Source: Octopus vulgaris (Eukaryota). From it: a stretch of 64,000 bases of DNA. The stretch is taken from the NCBI GenBank assembly GCA_951406725.2, contig OX597814.1:183024001-183088000 (forward strand). The letters are read 5' to 3'. The notes beneath the pieces were generated by a model. The model saw only the letters and a program-made list of their open reading frames with translations, was not told the DNA's origin and did not search any database. Positions 1-13,188 of the stretch are shown piece after piece; positions within the stretch are counted from its first letter, which is position 1, and every line of letters begins with the position of its first letter. Both the position numbers and the translations under genes were made by a program.

Positions 1-90
1 TGTTATATCTGTTAGAGGCATCAAGCTATAACCACTGGTTAAAATTGATATTATTTAATTAATTTCTACTCTTATTATTTTATTTCAAAT

Positions 91-545
<455 letters not shown>

Positions 546-728
546 TATCTGTGTTTTCTAGCCAGTTGATTCACTGCTGAATATTATTCATTGCAGTTAC
601 TTTCTGGCTTAGCGCGCGGGTACGAGGGCGTTTGAATTGAAGTTAAAATACAAGATATTGGAACTCTATATATGCGTATCCTCCCACGGAGATGGGTGGT
701 TTCCAGTGCCATTGTTGTGTCAGCCCCG

Positions 729-786
729 ATTTCGCTGAGGAGACACAGACAATTATTCAATTGTTCATATCGAAACTTTAAGGAAT
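729..786 (+). ncRNA. degenerate type I hammerhead ribozyme motif in a short element (~550-927) ending at (TA)n
   Basis: ATTTCG-CTGAGGA-stem II (GA..ACAAT/ATTGT..TC)-GAAAC-TT-TA-AGGAAT; stem I ATTTC/GGAAT with a mismatch next to the core. Confidence 0.55.
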
Positions 787-921
787 GGAATTTAATTGCT
801 ATGTTTATTTCTTTTCATTTGTCTAGCTCGTAAACATCTTGCTAATTTGAGAACACAGATTTCGCGTAGGACGGTTTGACGTCTATTATTAGCATACAAG
901 GGATCCACTTAGTGGTCTCCC

Positions 922-997
<76 letters not shown>

Positions 998-1036
998 TGT
1001 ATACATACACTTAATTATACATACATACATACACAC

Positions 1037-1088
<52 letters not shown>

Positions 1089-1091
<3 letters not shown>

Positions 1092-1313
1092 CAAAATGGG
1101 ACAAGAACGCAAAACATCTCCAGACAACTAGGTGATACAAAAAAGGACACCAAAACCAGCCGAAATTGCGAGGATAATCCGGTTCTTGACTGAAGATTAA
1201 AGGCTTCGAATGACCCGTCCGTGCTTTTTGTATCGTCTATCTGGATATTTTGTTGTCCCTTTTTGTATCACCTAGTTGTCCGGATGTTTTGCGTTCTTGT
1301 CCCATTTTTGTAT
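1089..1313. repeat. fold-back element with ~60-bp inverted arms between (TA)n tracts; second partial copy at 40789-40906
   Basis: 1089-1149 ATACAAAATGGGACAAGAACGCAAAACATC...GGACA is the reverse complement of 1254-1313; CAGCCGAAATTGCGAGGAT...CCCATTTTGTAT recurs at 40792-40906. Confidence 0.85.
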
Positions 1314-1657
1314 TATATATATATATATATAATATATATTTATATATTTATATATGTGTGTTTGTGTTGTCTTCACCACCAGTTTGACAACTGGTGTTGG
1401 TTTGTTTACTTAGCAGTTTGGCAAAATAGACCGATAGAATAAGTACTGGGCTTAAAAAACATAAGTACTTGGATCGAATTGTTCGACTAAATCCTTCGAG
1501 GTGGTACCCCAGCATGGCCGCACTCTAATGATTGAAAGAAATAAAAGATAAAAAATGTTACGTGTTCATTGCTTGCTGGATGTATTGATGCTGTTTACGT
1601 TTTGTTTCCTTCTCAATGTTCGATATGTTCACTATTTTGCGTATTCTGATAATCTCT

Positions 1658-2048
1658 CTCTATATATATAAAGCTGAAGTTGTCTGTGTGTGGTAAGTTT
1701 GGTAGTCTTCAACTAACACTATCCCCTCCGAGACCCTGCGGTGCAAGTTGACCAAAATTGAAAGTATGATAGAAGAATGCTTGCTCTTTATTCTGTAGAA
1801 GATAAAATTCAAATCGGACCATGTTAAGACCAAAAATTATTTACATCAAAAAGGTGCTTTTTTCTATGAAAATCCCTATTTTTTACGATTTTTTGACTGC
1901 TGTGTCGCCAGTTTTCGGTGTATTTCAACCAGAGAAATATTCACTTAAAGAGAATAACAAACTACATAATGCAAAAGTTTTACTTTTCAAAAATTCCAAT
2001 TCTAAAGAGTCGAAACAAACCCGAGCAACTCCGGGCGATACTGCTATT
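1658..2048 (+). mobile_element. non-autonomous Helitron-like element
   Basis: Starts TCTATATATATAAAGCTGAAGTTGTCTGTGTGTG; ends with GC-rich hairpin CCCGAGCAACTCCGGG then CGATACTGCTAT (decayed CTAG terminus). Confidence 0.65.
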
Positions 2049-2383
2049 ATTTGATATTTTTAAACAAGAATAAATTCTCTATTAGGAACACTCCAATAAC
2101 ATCCCCTTTGGAGGAATTCATTTAATAGCGTTGGTTTAACGGAAAAAAAACAGACTTCTGGCGTAAAGACAAACCACACACCAAGCTTTGGCTTACAGTG
2201 GGTATTGTGTGTCATTGAATGAGAATAACATTCAAGGAACTCAGACTAAGATGTGTGATCGGTGCAGATGTATGCGACTTACAATGAACTTGGGAAGGTT
2301 TGTTTAGAGCTCTCTGTGTCTGTATATGTGTGTGAGGCTAAGTACGTATGTAGGTATATATATGTATGCATGCGTGGATGACT

Positions 2384-2464
<81 letters not shown>

Positions 2465-2629
2465 TGGTCTGTATATGAGTGGACTGTAGATGTGAGGGAT
2501 GCGTGCGTATGAGTCCATAATCTATATGAGTGTGTGCCTAAGGTTGCGTAAGTATTTGAATGCATATATTTATATGTATATGTGTGTGTATGTGTTTGAA
2601 GTGTTGTATATATATATATATATATATAT

Positions 2630-2707
<78 letters not shown>

Positions 2708-2737
2708 GCACACACACGCACACACACACATACACGT

Positions 2738-3031
2738 GGAGGCGCAATGGTTAGGGCAGCGGACTCGCGGTCGGAGGATTGCGGTTTCGATTCCCAGACC
2801 GGGCATTGTGAGTGTTTATTGAAGGAAAACACCTACAGCTCCACGAGGCTCCGGCAGTGGGTGGTGGCGATCCCTGCTGAGCTCTTTTGCCACAACTTTC
2901 TCTCACTCTTTCTTCTGTTGGCCTGCTCGCTTAGCCAGCGTGGTAGGCGTCATTTGAAGGCTAAAACAATGCGAAGCTCAATGTGACCAGCGATGTGTAG
3001 CAATATCTGATAGCCTGGTCGGTCACATGAT

Positions 3032-3038
<7 letters not shown>
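2738..3038 (+). mobile_element. tRNA-derived SINE family C, tail type 1
   Basis: Head GGAGGCGCAATGG..TTAGGGCAGCGGACTCGCGGTCG..GGTTTCGATTCCC; same head and tail at 39223-39525. Confidence 0.85.
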
Positions 3039-3077
<39 letters not shown>

Positions 3078-3208
3078 GTCCGTGTAGTGTGTATGTGAAG
3101 TGAGTAGAATATGGATGTCAGTGCATGTATATTTATCTATGGTGAGTATGTGGATGACAGAGAGATAGTGAGATAATCTAGTGTCTAGAACGCTTGGTAT
3201 GTCGATGC

Positions 3209-4106
3209 AGTGTATTAAATAAGTCTCAGTGCATAGATAGTTACCATGACATAGATCGTTGTAGAAATATTGATGGCATTGGTTATGGTAATATACATTT
3301 GCATGTGTAAAATACATATATGTTAGATGAATCCAAGTCGATGAGAGGATATGAATTTGCGTGAAGGTGTACACATGGTTTGTGAAACTGGGACTTTCTC
3401 TACGTATGTGTGTACATACATACATACATACATACATACATACATACATACATACATACATACATACATACATACATACATACATACATACATACATACA
3501 TACATACATACATACATACATACACATACTCACACACATATATACACACTCTTTTACTTGTTTCAGTCATTTGACTGTGGCCATGCTGGAGCACCGCCTT
3601 TAGTCGACCAAATCGACCCGAGGACCCGAGTGTATTAAATAAGTCTCAGTGCATAGATGGTTACCATGACATAGATCGTTGTAGAAATATTGATGGCATT
3701 GATTATGGTAATATACATTTGCATGTGTAAAATACATATATGTTAGATGAATCCAAGTCGATGAGAGGATATGAATTTGCGTGAAGGTGTACACATGGTT
3801 TGTGAAACTGGGACTTTCTCTACGTATGTGTGTACATACATACATACATACATACATACATACATACATACATACATACATACATACGTACGTACGTACG
3901 TACGTACGTACATACATACATACATACATACATACATACTCACACACATACTCACACACATACATACATACATACATACATACATACATACATACATACA
4001 TACACACATACTCACACACATATATACACACTCTTTTACTTGTTTCAGTCATTTGACTGTGGCCATGCTGGAGCACCGCCTTTAGTCGACCAAATCGACC
4101 CGAGGA
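3209..4106. repeat. tandem duplication, 420-bp offset (unique sequence + (TACA)n + SINE A 3' end)
   Basis: AGTGTATTAAATAAGTCTCAGTGCATAGAT at 3209 and 3629; near-identical through GACCCGAGGAC. Confidence 0.9.
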
Positions 4107-4240
4107 CTTATTCTTTGTAAGGCCTAGTACTTATTCTATCGGTCACTTTTGCCGAACCTCTAAGTGACGGGGACGTAAGCACAACACCATCGGTTGTCAA
4201 GCAATGCTGGGGCGGGGGACAAACACAGACACACAAACAT
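4030..4240 (-). mobile_element. SINE family A, 3' half
   Basis: Reverse complement of SINE A body (CTCTTTTACTTGTTTCAGTCATTTGACTG...GGTTGTCAAGCAATGCT). Confidence 0.85.
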
Positions 4241-4379
4241 ACATACATACACATAAGGTTATACCGGTGGGATTTCACCTAAAAACATAAGGGCTAAAAC
4301 TGCACGTACACACATATTTTGTTTGCCATCTGCAGATTCTAACAATTCCCTGTCCTCATTATACATTTAGACGTTTTAA

Positions 4380-4758
4380 AATTAGGCACAAGTCTGGCAA
4401 TTTTGCAGAAAGGAGGTTAATCGAAACCACTAATACCACTATTTGAATATTTATATTTTATTGACACCCGGAGGGATGAATGGCAAAGTTGACCTCGGCA
4501 GGAATTGAACTCAGAATGGAAAATAACCGTAACTAAATACCTATTTCTTTATTACCCACAAGGGGCCAAACAAGGACAGACATAGGTATTAAGTCGATTA
4601 CATCAACCCCAGTGCGTAACTGGTACTTAATTTATAGACCCCGAAAGGATGAAAGGCAAAGTCGACCTCGGCGGAATTTGAACTCAGAACGTAACGACAG
4701 ACGAACTACCGCTAAGCATTTCGCCCAGCGCGCTAACGCTTCTGCGAGCTCGCCGCCT
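4380..4758 (-). mobile_element. SINE family B, head-to-tail dimer
   Basis: CCCCGAAAGGATGAAAGGCAAAGTCGACCTCGGCGGAATTTGAACTCAGAACG...GCTCGCCGCC; older copy at 4380-4540 joined at AAATACCTATTTCTTT. Confidence 0.85.
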
Positions 4759-5882
4759 AAATACCACAAGGTATTTTATCAGATGCCTTATCAGTCATAC
4801 CAATGCAGCAGTCATTTTTAGATGATTAATTATTTACTAAGTCGAAGTAGCGGTAAGTAATCTCAGTCAACACTTCAGGGCATAATGATATTTTCTGAGA
4901 CGAGTCTCTACCGATGCTAACCCTGGACAGGTGTATCTAGTGTGGGCCCCCAGCCAGGGTTACGGATACCCCATAATGGATAAAAAAAGCTTACTGCCTT
5001 ATCTCACAAAGGCTAGGGAGAAAACCTTACAATAAATCTGGAGTAGAACTATTAAGCTAGTCTAGTGTTCAACTCATTATTCTTCTGGCAATTTCTGCTG
5101 TGAAAATGATGTCAAAATGTAGTGCTCGTCATTCCTGAGGACTAATCCTGCGAGGTCGGGAGGGATATGCTGGTGTCTGAACAGTCTGGGATATCAATTT
5201 AGCCAGCCTAGGATTCGGGTTTGAACAGCTCACCTCAGCGTCATTGTGAAAATCTACAGGAACAACATGGAAAGAGATTACATCTCCCATGTTGGGTTGA
5301 GGCTCGTATCCTATTTCATATTGGTACAAGAGTTCATCCATCCATCCATCCATTCATCCATCCATCCATCCATCCATCCATTCATCCATCCATCCATTCA
5401 TCTTCTCTGCCCACTATTCTTGGGAGGGTCCTGGTAGGTAGAGTGCTTAGGAACCTCCTCGATAGGGCCCTATCAGAAGCAACTGTTATTAGACAAAAGT
5501 CCATTCTATCTCAAAACAGACCTACGACAAAGACTCGAATAATGCGAGGTATTCTAAAAACAACACCTTTTTAAAAAAGTTTTATTTATGTTGGAAAATA
5601 TATAACAAAGAAATTTTTTTTTAAAATGCGAAAGAAATTTCATTACTTTATGTCCGTAAGATATTTTATGAATTTATTTTACTTTTAAACATATTTTTTG
5701 TTATTTAAGATTAAAAAAACAATTTTCTTCTCTCAAGTATGTTACTTATTGAAAATAAAATTATTTCTTATTAAATTTTGGCCAATCGATAAAATAAGCT
5801 GCGTAAAAGAAAAAAAAAACATAAATAATTTGCAATATTGCATACATACATACATACATACATACATACATACATACATACA

Positions 5883-5915
<33 letters not shown>

Positions 5916-5934
5916 GCATACATACATTTATAGA

Positions 5935-6350
5935 AGAAAATAGCTACAGAGAAAATTGACTATATTGAGGCCGATCGGTCAAAAGAATGTTGGTGGAACT
6001 CAGAAATTAAACTAGTCAACCGGTTGGAACACAACAGGCCAGATATTCTTGTGTGGGACCACAAGGATAAGATATGTTCTGCTGAGGAAATCAGCTGCCC
6101 TCTGGACGCTAACGTCGTTAGAAAACTACAGGATCATTGAGTTTGCAAATTCAGTACTGAAGATACACTTTCAGCTTCATACGTATCATTATTGGAGCAA
6201 CAGGGTACATACCAATCTGTCTGGAGTAAAGTATGGTTGAATCTGGGATCTTAGCGAAAGAACGTAATGTGGATGAAATTGAAAGCAGATGCAGGGAGAT
6301 TTTTGCATCTAATAAGCATGGAATTGATGTTCTGGCACAGCGATGGTAAA
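5935..6350 (+). pseudogene. decayed RLE-endonuclease non-LTR retrotransposon fragment (R2/R4/NeSL-like)
   Basis: Translates as KECWWNSEIKLVNRLEHNRPDILVWDHKDKICSAEEISCPLDANV...FSFIRIIIGATGYIP, the HNRPD..E restriction-like endonuclease region; disrupted. Confidence 0.7.
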
Positions 6351-7964
6351 CAGACAATAGAATATGATGGTATATATTTTGGTAAGTTAACACATTTCTT
6401 ATGTAATTTGTTTGAATGGTTAATTAAAACTTGAAATATCAAAAAACTTTTGATATGTATACCATTTAAAGCATACCGTATTACAGTAAGATGTTCCAAT
6501 AGTTTCTTGCCATGGAGACACGTGGTTAGGCAGATTTTTATAACGTGTCTTGTGTTTCCAGACAATCTTCTGGCTCTGGAGTCATGGTAGCCTGTGCCAA
6601 TGTACGATAGTGTTACTAAATTCCGTCTCTGTAGAATCTGGTTACAAACAAGCAAGTAAAGGAATCTTTATATGGTCGTTCGACCTTACTAGTAATAGGA
6701 ATCGAATTGTCTTCAAATAACCCTACCGTCTCAAGTTGGTAGGCGGCACTGGGGTAATGTCCTCTCATTAAAATAAAAGAGAAGAGATAATCATGGAATT
6801 TCTTTGATCGTAAATTTGTTCGATCGGTCAGAGTTGAACTAGGGCTAAAAAACAACAACAACAACAGCAGCTGCAGCAACAGCAGCAACAATTACAACAG
6901 CAATTACAACAACAACAACAACAACACCACCAACAATAACCTGAGTACAAACACTGCTGCGGATTACACTGCTTGTCCTCTCGCAGAGGCTTGTAGAATA
7001 ACAAATAGTTACACTCTGGTGTTTATTCAATCCACTATCCTTCCAATCCAAAAAAAAAAAAAAAATTAAAATTAAAAAAAAATTAAAAAAATGATTGTGC
7101 TTAGTCAAGAGAGATCAATAATATTTTTCTCTGTTTTATTTGCTAAACTTGATCTGGAACAATATAATTTTTTAATTTGCCTCTTGTATTTTTTTTTTTC
7201 ATAAAAAAGAGAAAGATCCTATGTTCTCTGTTAGCATTTGAATCAGAGAAATGAAAAATGCCGATCAGCATCAAGTGAAAATATGTGTTGTCACGAAAGA
7301 ATAAACGAATGCGTTAGGCGTATTTATAGTGGTGTATTTTATTTGCTAATTTATTGAATGCAATTGAAAAAAGCTAAATGACTTTAAACGGATTTTTCTA
7401 AGGCACATTATTCAAATAGTGACTGATCGATTCTTTCATAAACGTTGAAATGGCAAGTTTTGTTTCGGATAATATTGTTTTATTTGCTGAATTCTACGAA
7501 ATAAAATCTTGAGACAATCAGAACGGTATCTGCCTGCAGTGTGCAAAAAGAATAATGACTTTTTCCCCCCGCTGATTGTAAAGATAGCATAGTAAAAAGA
7601 TCTGTCTCTAAGTAGTGGAAAAATGTTATCTTTTCACATTCAGTCACGTATTTTACTGGTGGAATTGCATTTTGCTTATCATAAAGCAACATGGCAACAG
7701 TAATTCCATCTGTAAACGATTGTATGACACGACTTTCTCTGTCACGGTCTCGGCATCACATAAGGAAACTTAAAATGTTTTCAAATCCATTTACATGATC
7801 AAACATCAAGTGTAGATTGATAATTTAATTTCTCGCCTCTTATCGTCTAGTTAAATTACACCCCCCACCCCACCATCCTACCCAAAAAGAAAATGGAGGT
7901 GGAAGTAAAAGACGAATATTGAATAATAAAGGTATAAACAGAAAAATAACAGAATCTAATGCCA

Positions 7965-8291
7965 TTATCATCAGCACCAGCACCGGCACCAGCACCACCA
8001 TCAACATCACCACCACCACCACCACCACCACCACCACCATCACCGCCACCGCCACCACCAAACACCACCATCGCCGCCACCACCACCACCACCGCCGCCA
8101 CCACCGACCACGCAACCACCCGCCGCCGCCTCCGCCGCCTCGACGACGCCTCCAACCAACACCGCCATTTGTCCTCCACATACTACTCCGCCGCCGCCGC
8201 CTCCACCACCACCGCCGCCGCCACTACCACCACCACCGCCGCCGCCGCCGCGACGTCGACGACGACAACAACAACACTGCCATTTGTCATC

Positions 8292-8353
<62 letters not shown>
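7965..8353. repeat. compound trinucleotide microsatellite (CAC/CGC/TAC)
   Basis: Direct reading; the poly-Pro/His/Thr ORFs are repeat translations. Confidence 0.95.
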
Positions 8354-8354
<1 letters not shown>

Positions 8355-8499
8355 AATTTGAAATGATAATAGTCATTTCAAGATCACACATTTGATGAGG
8401 AATAGTTTGTTAATACTATCGATACCAGCTACTTTATTTTATCGACACCGGAGGAACGATAGACAAGTTGATTTCGATATGATTCCATATCTCCTCCAA

Positions 8500-9021
8500 A
8501 GAACAGTTAAAGGAATTTCTCAATGATGTGTATTCCATTGACATAGGTAGACAAGAAAGCAGGCCAAACTGGTGTTGCTCATACTGATTTATAAGTTAGG
8601 CCTGTGATGTAAGGGATGATGCAAGACGATGGCTAGTTGGGAGAACATTGGGGATGTCGTCATCTCTCGACTCTTTTTCATTCTTGTTTCATGTTATGGA
8701 TAGATGGTGGGCACCAAAGTGACACAGAATGATATGCAAAGGGCTGTTTTTCTTTTCTCGGATTGAATTCTTACAACCCTTTGCATATCATTCTGTGTCA
8801 CTTTGGTGCCCACCATCTATCCATAACATGAAACAAGAATGAAAAAGAGTCGAGAGATAACGACATGCCCAATGTCCTCCTCAACTGGCCATCGTCTTGC
8901 ATCATCCCTTATATCACAGGCCTAACTTATGAATCAGTATGAACAACACCAGTTTGGCTTGCTTTCTTGCCTGCCTATATCAATGGAATACACATCATCG
9001 AGAAATTCCTTTAACTGTTCT
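8500..9021. repeat. long inverted repeat, ~250-bp arms with ~26-bp spacer
   Basis: 8500-8746 is the reverse complement of 8773-9021 with about 13 substitutions and 1 indel by manual alignment. Confidence 0.95.
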
Positions 9022-10259
9022 GGAATCTACCTGCGCTTTCGTGTAGCAAAGTTCTGTAACTTTCGCCATGTTCATTTCTAGATACACTCCTCGGGTAATT
9101 ATGTATTTGTTGTCGTGATATAACACTGCCAGACTTTCTTTGACTGGATTCGATTTATGTATAAAACTTCCTTTTTGTTTAAAACGAGCGAAAAAGTTTG
9201 CCGGTAATTTTGTTAATATCGTACAAGTTTGCTTTGTTTTTGTTGCTGTTTTTGTTCAGTTTATGTACTGCAGGTTTGCATTTTTGGCTATTGGATTGTG
9301 ACTGTCTGTGTCTGTGAGTGTATTTATTTGTTTAATTCTAACCTTTTCTGTTAAAAATAAACAAACAAACCCCCCCAAACAAAAAAAAGAAAAACATCTG
9401 TATAACCTTTCTAACATCCGTTTTCGAGTATTCGAAAATTATTTCTTTTAGTATTAAGAACGTATCCCATAGCACTTCCTTTGAATTGTAGCTTTTATTT
9501 TCACTTCTTCAGTAGAAGAAAGTATATTGAATAAAATGTAAACACAAGAAAAAATTTTCCAAGAAAAATAAATTGACTAAAAAATAGAAGTTTTGTGTTT
9601 TTTATATACTGGAGATGTCCCCATTTTCTGAAGCCCTTTGTTAGCAAAATAATTAAAAAAAACCAGAAAAGTTTTCATTTAATAATACTTGATAAGAATG
9701 AATCCAATTTTCTCAGAGCGGACTGAAACAAATCTGCTAACTCCTAAACACAGAAATAATGACGGTCATTCCGTCAATTTCGACATATAAGTGTTTCAAG
9801 GAAAGGAAAGAAAAAACAAAAATGAAAGTTGCGTCTGTTTGCGGTAGATGCATGAATGTAATTTGAGTCCAGGTATGGATTTCGCTATGAAGTCACAATG
9901 GGGACAATGATGATTTATATTTTGCATGGGATTGGACAAATGTGTCTGTTGATTACAGGGTTAAGAATGGGGGTGCTTATCTCCCCTTTGTAAACATAAG
10001 GACACAGGAAATGTGTCAAGGCCGACAGGAAGCGTTGATGCTTCCTAGGGCTAAATAGCGGTTGTGTGATCCCCTTTATTGGACTGTCACGTTATGTTGA
10101 CAGTATACAACTCCTCTATCGTTCCACCACTGCTTATATCTCTCTGAGAAATTTAGAAATTTAACATTTCTAGTTTTTTTTTATTGTTCTGTTTTTTTTT
10201 TTCAAATCCATTCAGATGAATTATGGTACATTTTTTGCCATTCAGATTAATGTACGCAA

Positions 10260-10484
10260 TGATTTCCCCAAAATGTGATATTAAGCTGTAGGGGTTTTAG
10301 TGGTTGTTTCAGCTTGTCCTTATACCTTAGCATTGGTATTCCTTTACCTTGGAATCCCTCTACATGTTGGCCATGCAAAAGAATTTTCGGGATGCGTTCA
10401 CCTTGAATTCGAACAATATGTCCTGCCCATCTGCACTGACTTCTCAGCATGCTTTCGATACTGGTGATATCACATTCTTCTAAC

Positions 10485-10485
<1 letters not shown>
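10260..10485 (-). pseudogene. RTE-clade LINE ORF2 C-terminal fragment
   Basis: ITSIESMLRSQCRWAGHIVRIQGERIPKILLHGQ...RYKDKLK matches the RTE/BovB C-terminal LRWAGHV.R....R.PK..LYG motif. Confidence 0.8.
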
Positions 10486-10539
<54 letters not shown>

Positions 10540-10540
<1 letters not shown>

Positions 10541-11086
10541 TGCCCTGATGCAGTACCAGACAGTGGCCTTCATGGATTCTGATCTTAACTGATTGGAAGC
10601 GTTATCATGTACATTGCTTTGTCTTGGTATAAAAGATGGGCTACAGCAACTATTCGGCTCAATACCATAGATCTGTTTGTCAGCTGTTTGACCTTAAGCA
10701 AATGAGCATGTCTCTTAGTGGCTGACAATCTGTGCATCGCTGATCACGAGCAAAAGTAGTTGGGGAGCATCATAGCCATGTGTTGAGAAGAATTCTTTGA
10801 GAGGAATTCACCTTTGGAAACATGGGTGCTTCGTTCATCATCCTTAGACAACCCTTATTCAGGGACCTTTTGAGTGGGATGGGCTACTCGATCTGAAGAA
10901 AATTCTAACTGGGCCCCACCTGCAAGGCCATGCGCTATTTATCTTGAGATCACCATGTCGCGCATATATGGTTGTGATACATGTGCCTGGTGTACCCTTA
11001 TCAGACGGGTAGTCATGATGGCTATCCTGGGTTTCGTATATTTTATCCCAGTGTCATTGTGATGGCATGCAATACCCTCTCAGACA
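10540..11086. mobile_element. ~550-bp non-coding insertion flanked on both sides by (AAT)n
   Basis: Complex sequence with sharp borders into AAT repeats at 10485-10539 and 11086-11097; no TIRs or convincing ORF. Confidence 0.5.
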
Positions 11087-11119
11087 ATAATAATAATGAT
11101 GATGATGATGATGATATTA

Positions 11120-11745
11120 ATCCTTTCTACTATAGGAACAAGGCCTGAAATTTGGGGAGGGATAGTCGATTATATCGACACCAGTGCGTAACTGGTACTA
11201 ATTTTATCGAGACCGAAAGGATGAAAGGCAAAGTCAACCTCGGTAGAATTTGAACTGAGAACGTATACAGACGAAATGCCACTAAGCATTTTTGTCCAAT
11301 GTGGTAACGACTCTGCCGGATCGCTGCCTTATAATAATAACAACAACATCAACAGCCTCAACCACAGCAACAAGAATGTTGAATGTCTCTCACGATAATT
11401 AAGCTTATAATGTTCGGGAACAGGCCCTGTGAGACTTCTAACAGCAGGCTGCCGACCGCTCTCACAGAATCTACCAGAACACACAAGACCGAACGTTCTT
11501 AGAGGTAAAACAATAATAATGATAATAATCGTTTCTTCTAAACGCATTAGGCCTGACATTTTGAGGGGAGAGTACTAATCGATTACATCGACCAGAGTGT
11601 TTCACTAGTACTTAATTCATCGACCCCTCCCAGAGGATGAAAGGTAAAGTCGACTTCGGCAGAATTTGAACTCAGAATGTAAAACCGGGAGAAAAGCTGT
11701 TAAGCATTTTGTCCAGCGTAGCAAACTATTCTGATAGCTCACCAT
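11120..11745 (-). mobile_element. two diverged SINE family B copies (11120-11330, 11530-11745)
   Basis: GAAAGGATGAAAGGCAAAGTCAACCTCGG..GAATTTGAACT motif in both. Confidence 0.8.
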
Positions 11746-12387
11746 TTCAATGATGATGATGATGATGATGATGGTGATGATGATAAGATGAAGCTGTAGG
11801 ACACTAGCAAGTGAAAGAAACGAAAAGAGATACTGAATAAGAAAAATAAACAAAGTAGAAGTGAAAGGAGAAATGGGAAAACGATAAGTGTAAAAAATTG
11901 AAAGCAGTTTACTAATAGTATTTAACTCTATTATACAATAACAATTAGACAAGTTCAGATGCAAGAAGTTCAAAATTTGATTTTCAGTGAAACAACTTCG
12001 AATAATAGACTTCCATAAAGAAATAAAATCAAGTTGATGCTGTTTCGGCAAGAAGGCGAAGAAAATAAATCAATACAAAACAAGATAGCATTAATGAAGA
12101 AACGCACACACGTATGTGTGTATGTGTGTAAGGAAAACAGGAAAACAATATAATTGTGCTACAAGAGATTCATTTCCTGGGTTCGTTTCGATAATGCAAC
12201 ACCGCTGCATCTCTACGCAACGTTTGCATAATCTCATCCGAGGAAACAGAAATATAAAGAAGTATGAAAAATCATTTGACTACCAACTTCTATAAGATAG
12301 AAAGAAGGCTTAATTTAACTCATAAATCTTTCTTCTAGGTTATAAAAGATAGCAATCAAACTATTCTTCATATTTCTTTGTATTTGT

Positions 12388-12461
12388 ATTTCCCTGATGA
12401 AAGGAAGCAAGCGTTGCTTAGAGGTGTGCAGTACTGCATTATTGAAACGTACGTAGGAAAT
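12388..12461 (+). ncRNA. type I hammerhead ribozyme with branched stem II
   Basis: ATTTCC-CTGATGA-[hairpins AAGCAA/TTGCTT and TGCAGTACTGCA]-GAAAC-GTAC-GTA-GGAAAT; 6-bp stem I, canonical core, palindromic ACGTACGT stem III. Confidence 0.75.
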
Positions 12462-13188
12462 GAATTTCTTGAAATATCAATAATGTTGTTCTCCTGTCGT
12501 TTTTATTTTTCTGAATTACGTGGCTTTCTATCTATATATATTATAGTCTATACAACAAGTGATTCAACTGTAGACGTTTACAGTGTGATATTAGATGTAG
12601 ATTCGGAATATATGGCATACAAGAGTTTGATGTAATTTTTATGTGTTGTGAACACGATGCACACTATGGGAAAGAAAAGAAATGATTAAATCAGTCTCAA
12701 TGCACGGTTTATAGTTTGTTTACCGGCCTTGGATACCTGAAGGTCAAGTCGAGCTTGTTGCAGTTGTCTAGCAGATGACAATACCTGATGCGTGTCCACC
12801 GTGGGAAGATTAACTCTAGCAGAACTCATTAATTCTAATATTGTAACGACGAAATCCCTGAATTAACAGTGGTTTCGATTTGCAACACGAAATTCTTGAG
12901 TTTAAACTTCTTCAGGTATACAGTTGTATTCTAGCAAAATTATGCTCATGTTTCACCTCATCTGGTTATGAAGGACGGGCGATAGATCTGTGAATCATAC
13001 CGTTATCATAAAACACAGGGACATCTATATCGGCCACTCGCTGTCAATGCCATTCCCCTCATTACTACTACGGCAACCATTATCACGGCCATCTACAGTT
13101 ACACCCCACCCTTGCTACCATCATACTACATACTACCATCATACTACATACTACCATCATCATAAGTAACCCCAACAGCATCAGCAGT

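Noticed and set aside
1157-1222. Hammerhead-like words GAAA and CTGAAGA in the fold-back family
   Set aside because: Order and stems do not give a convincing type I, II or III fold.
4890-5330. Possible RTE LINE 5' UTR
   Set aside because: Only a vague resemblance; no adjoining ORF or second copy in the window.
9025-9075. Minus-strand MAKVTELCYTKAQ followed by CAG|GTAGAT as a possible first exon
   Set aside because: Too short, weak donor, no homology or downstream exon evidence.
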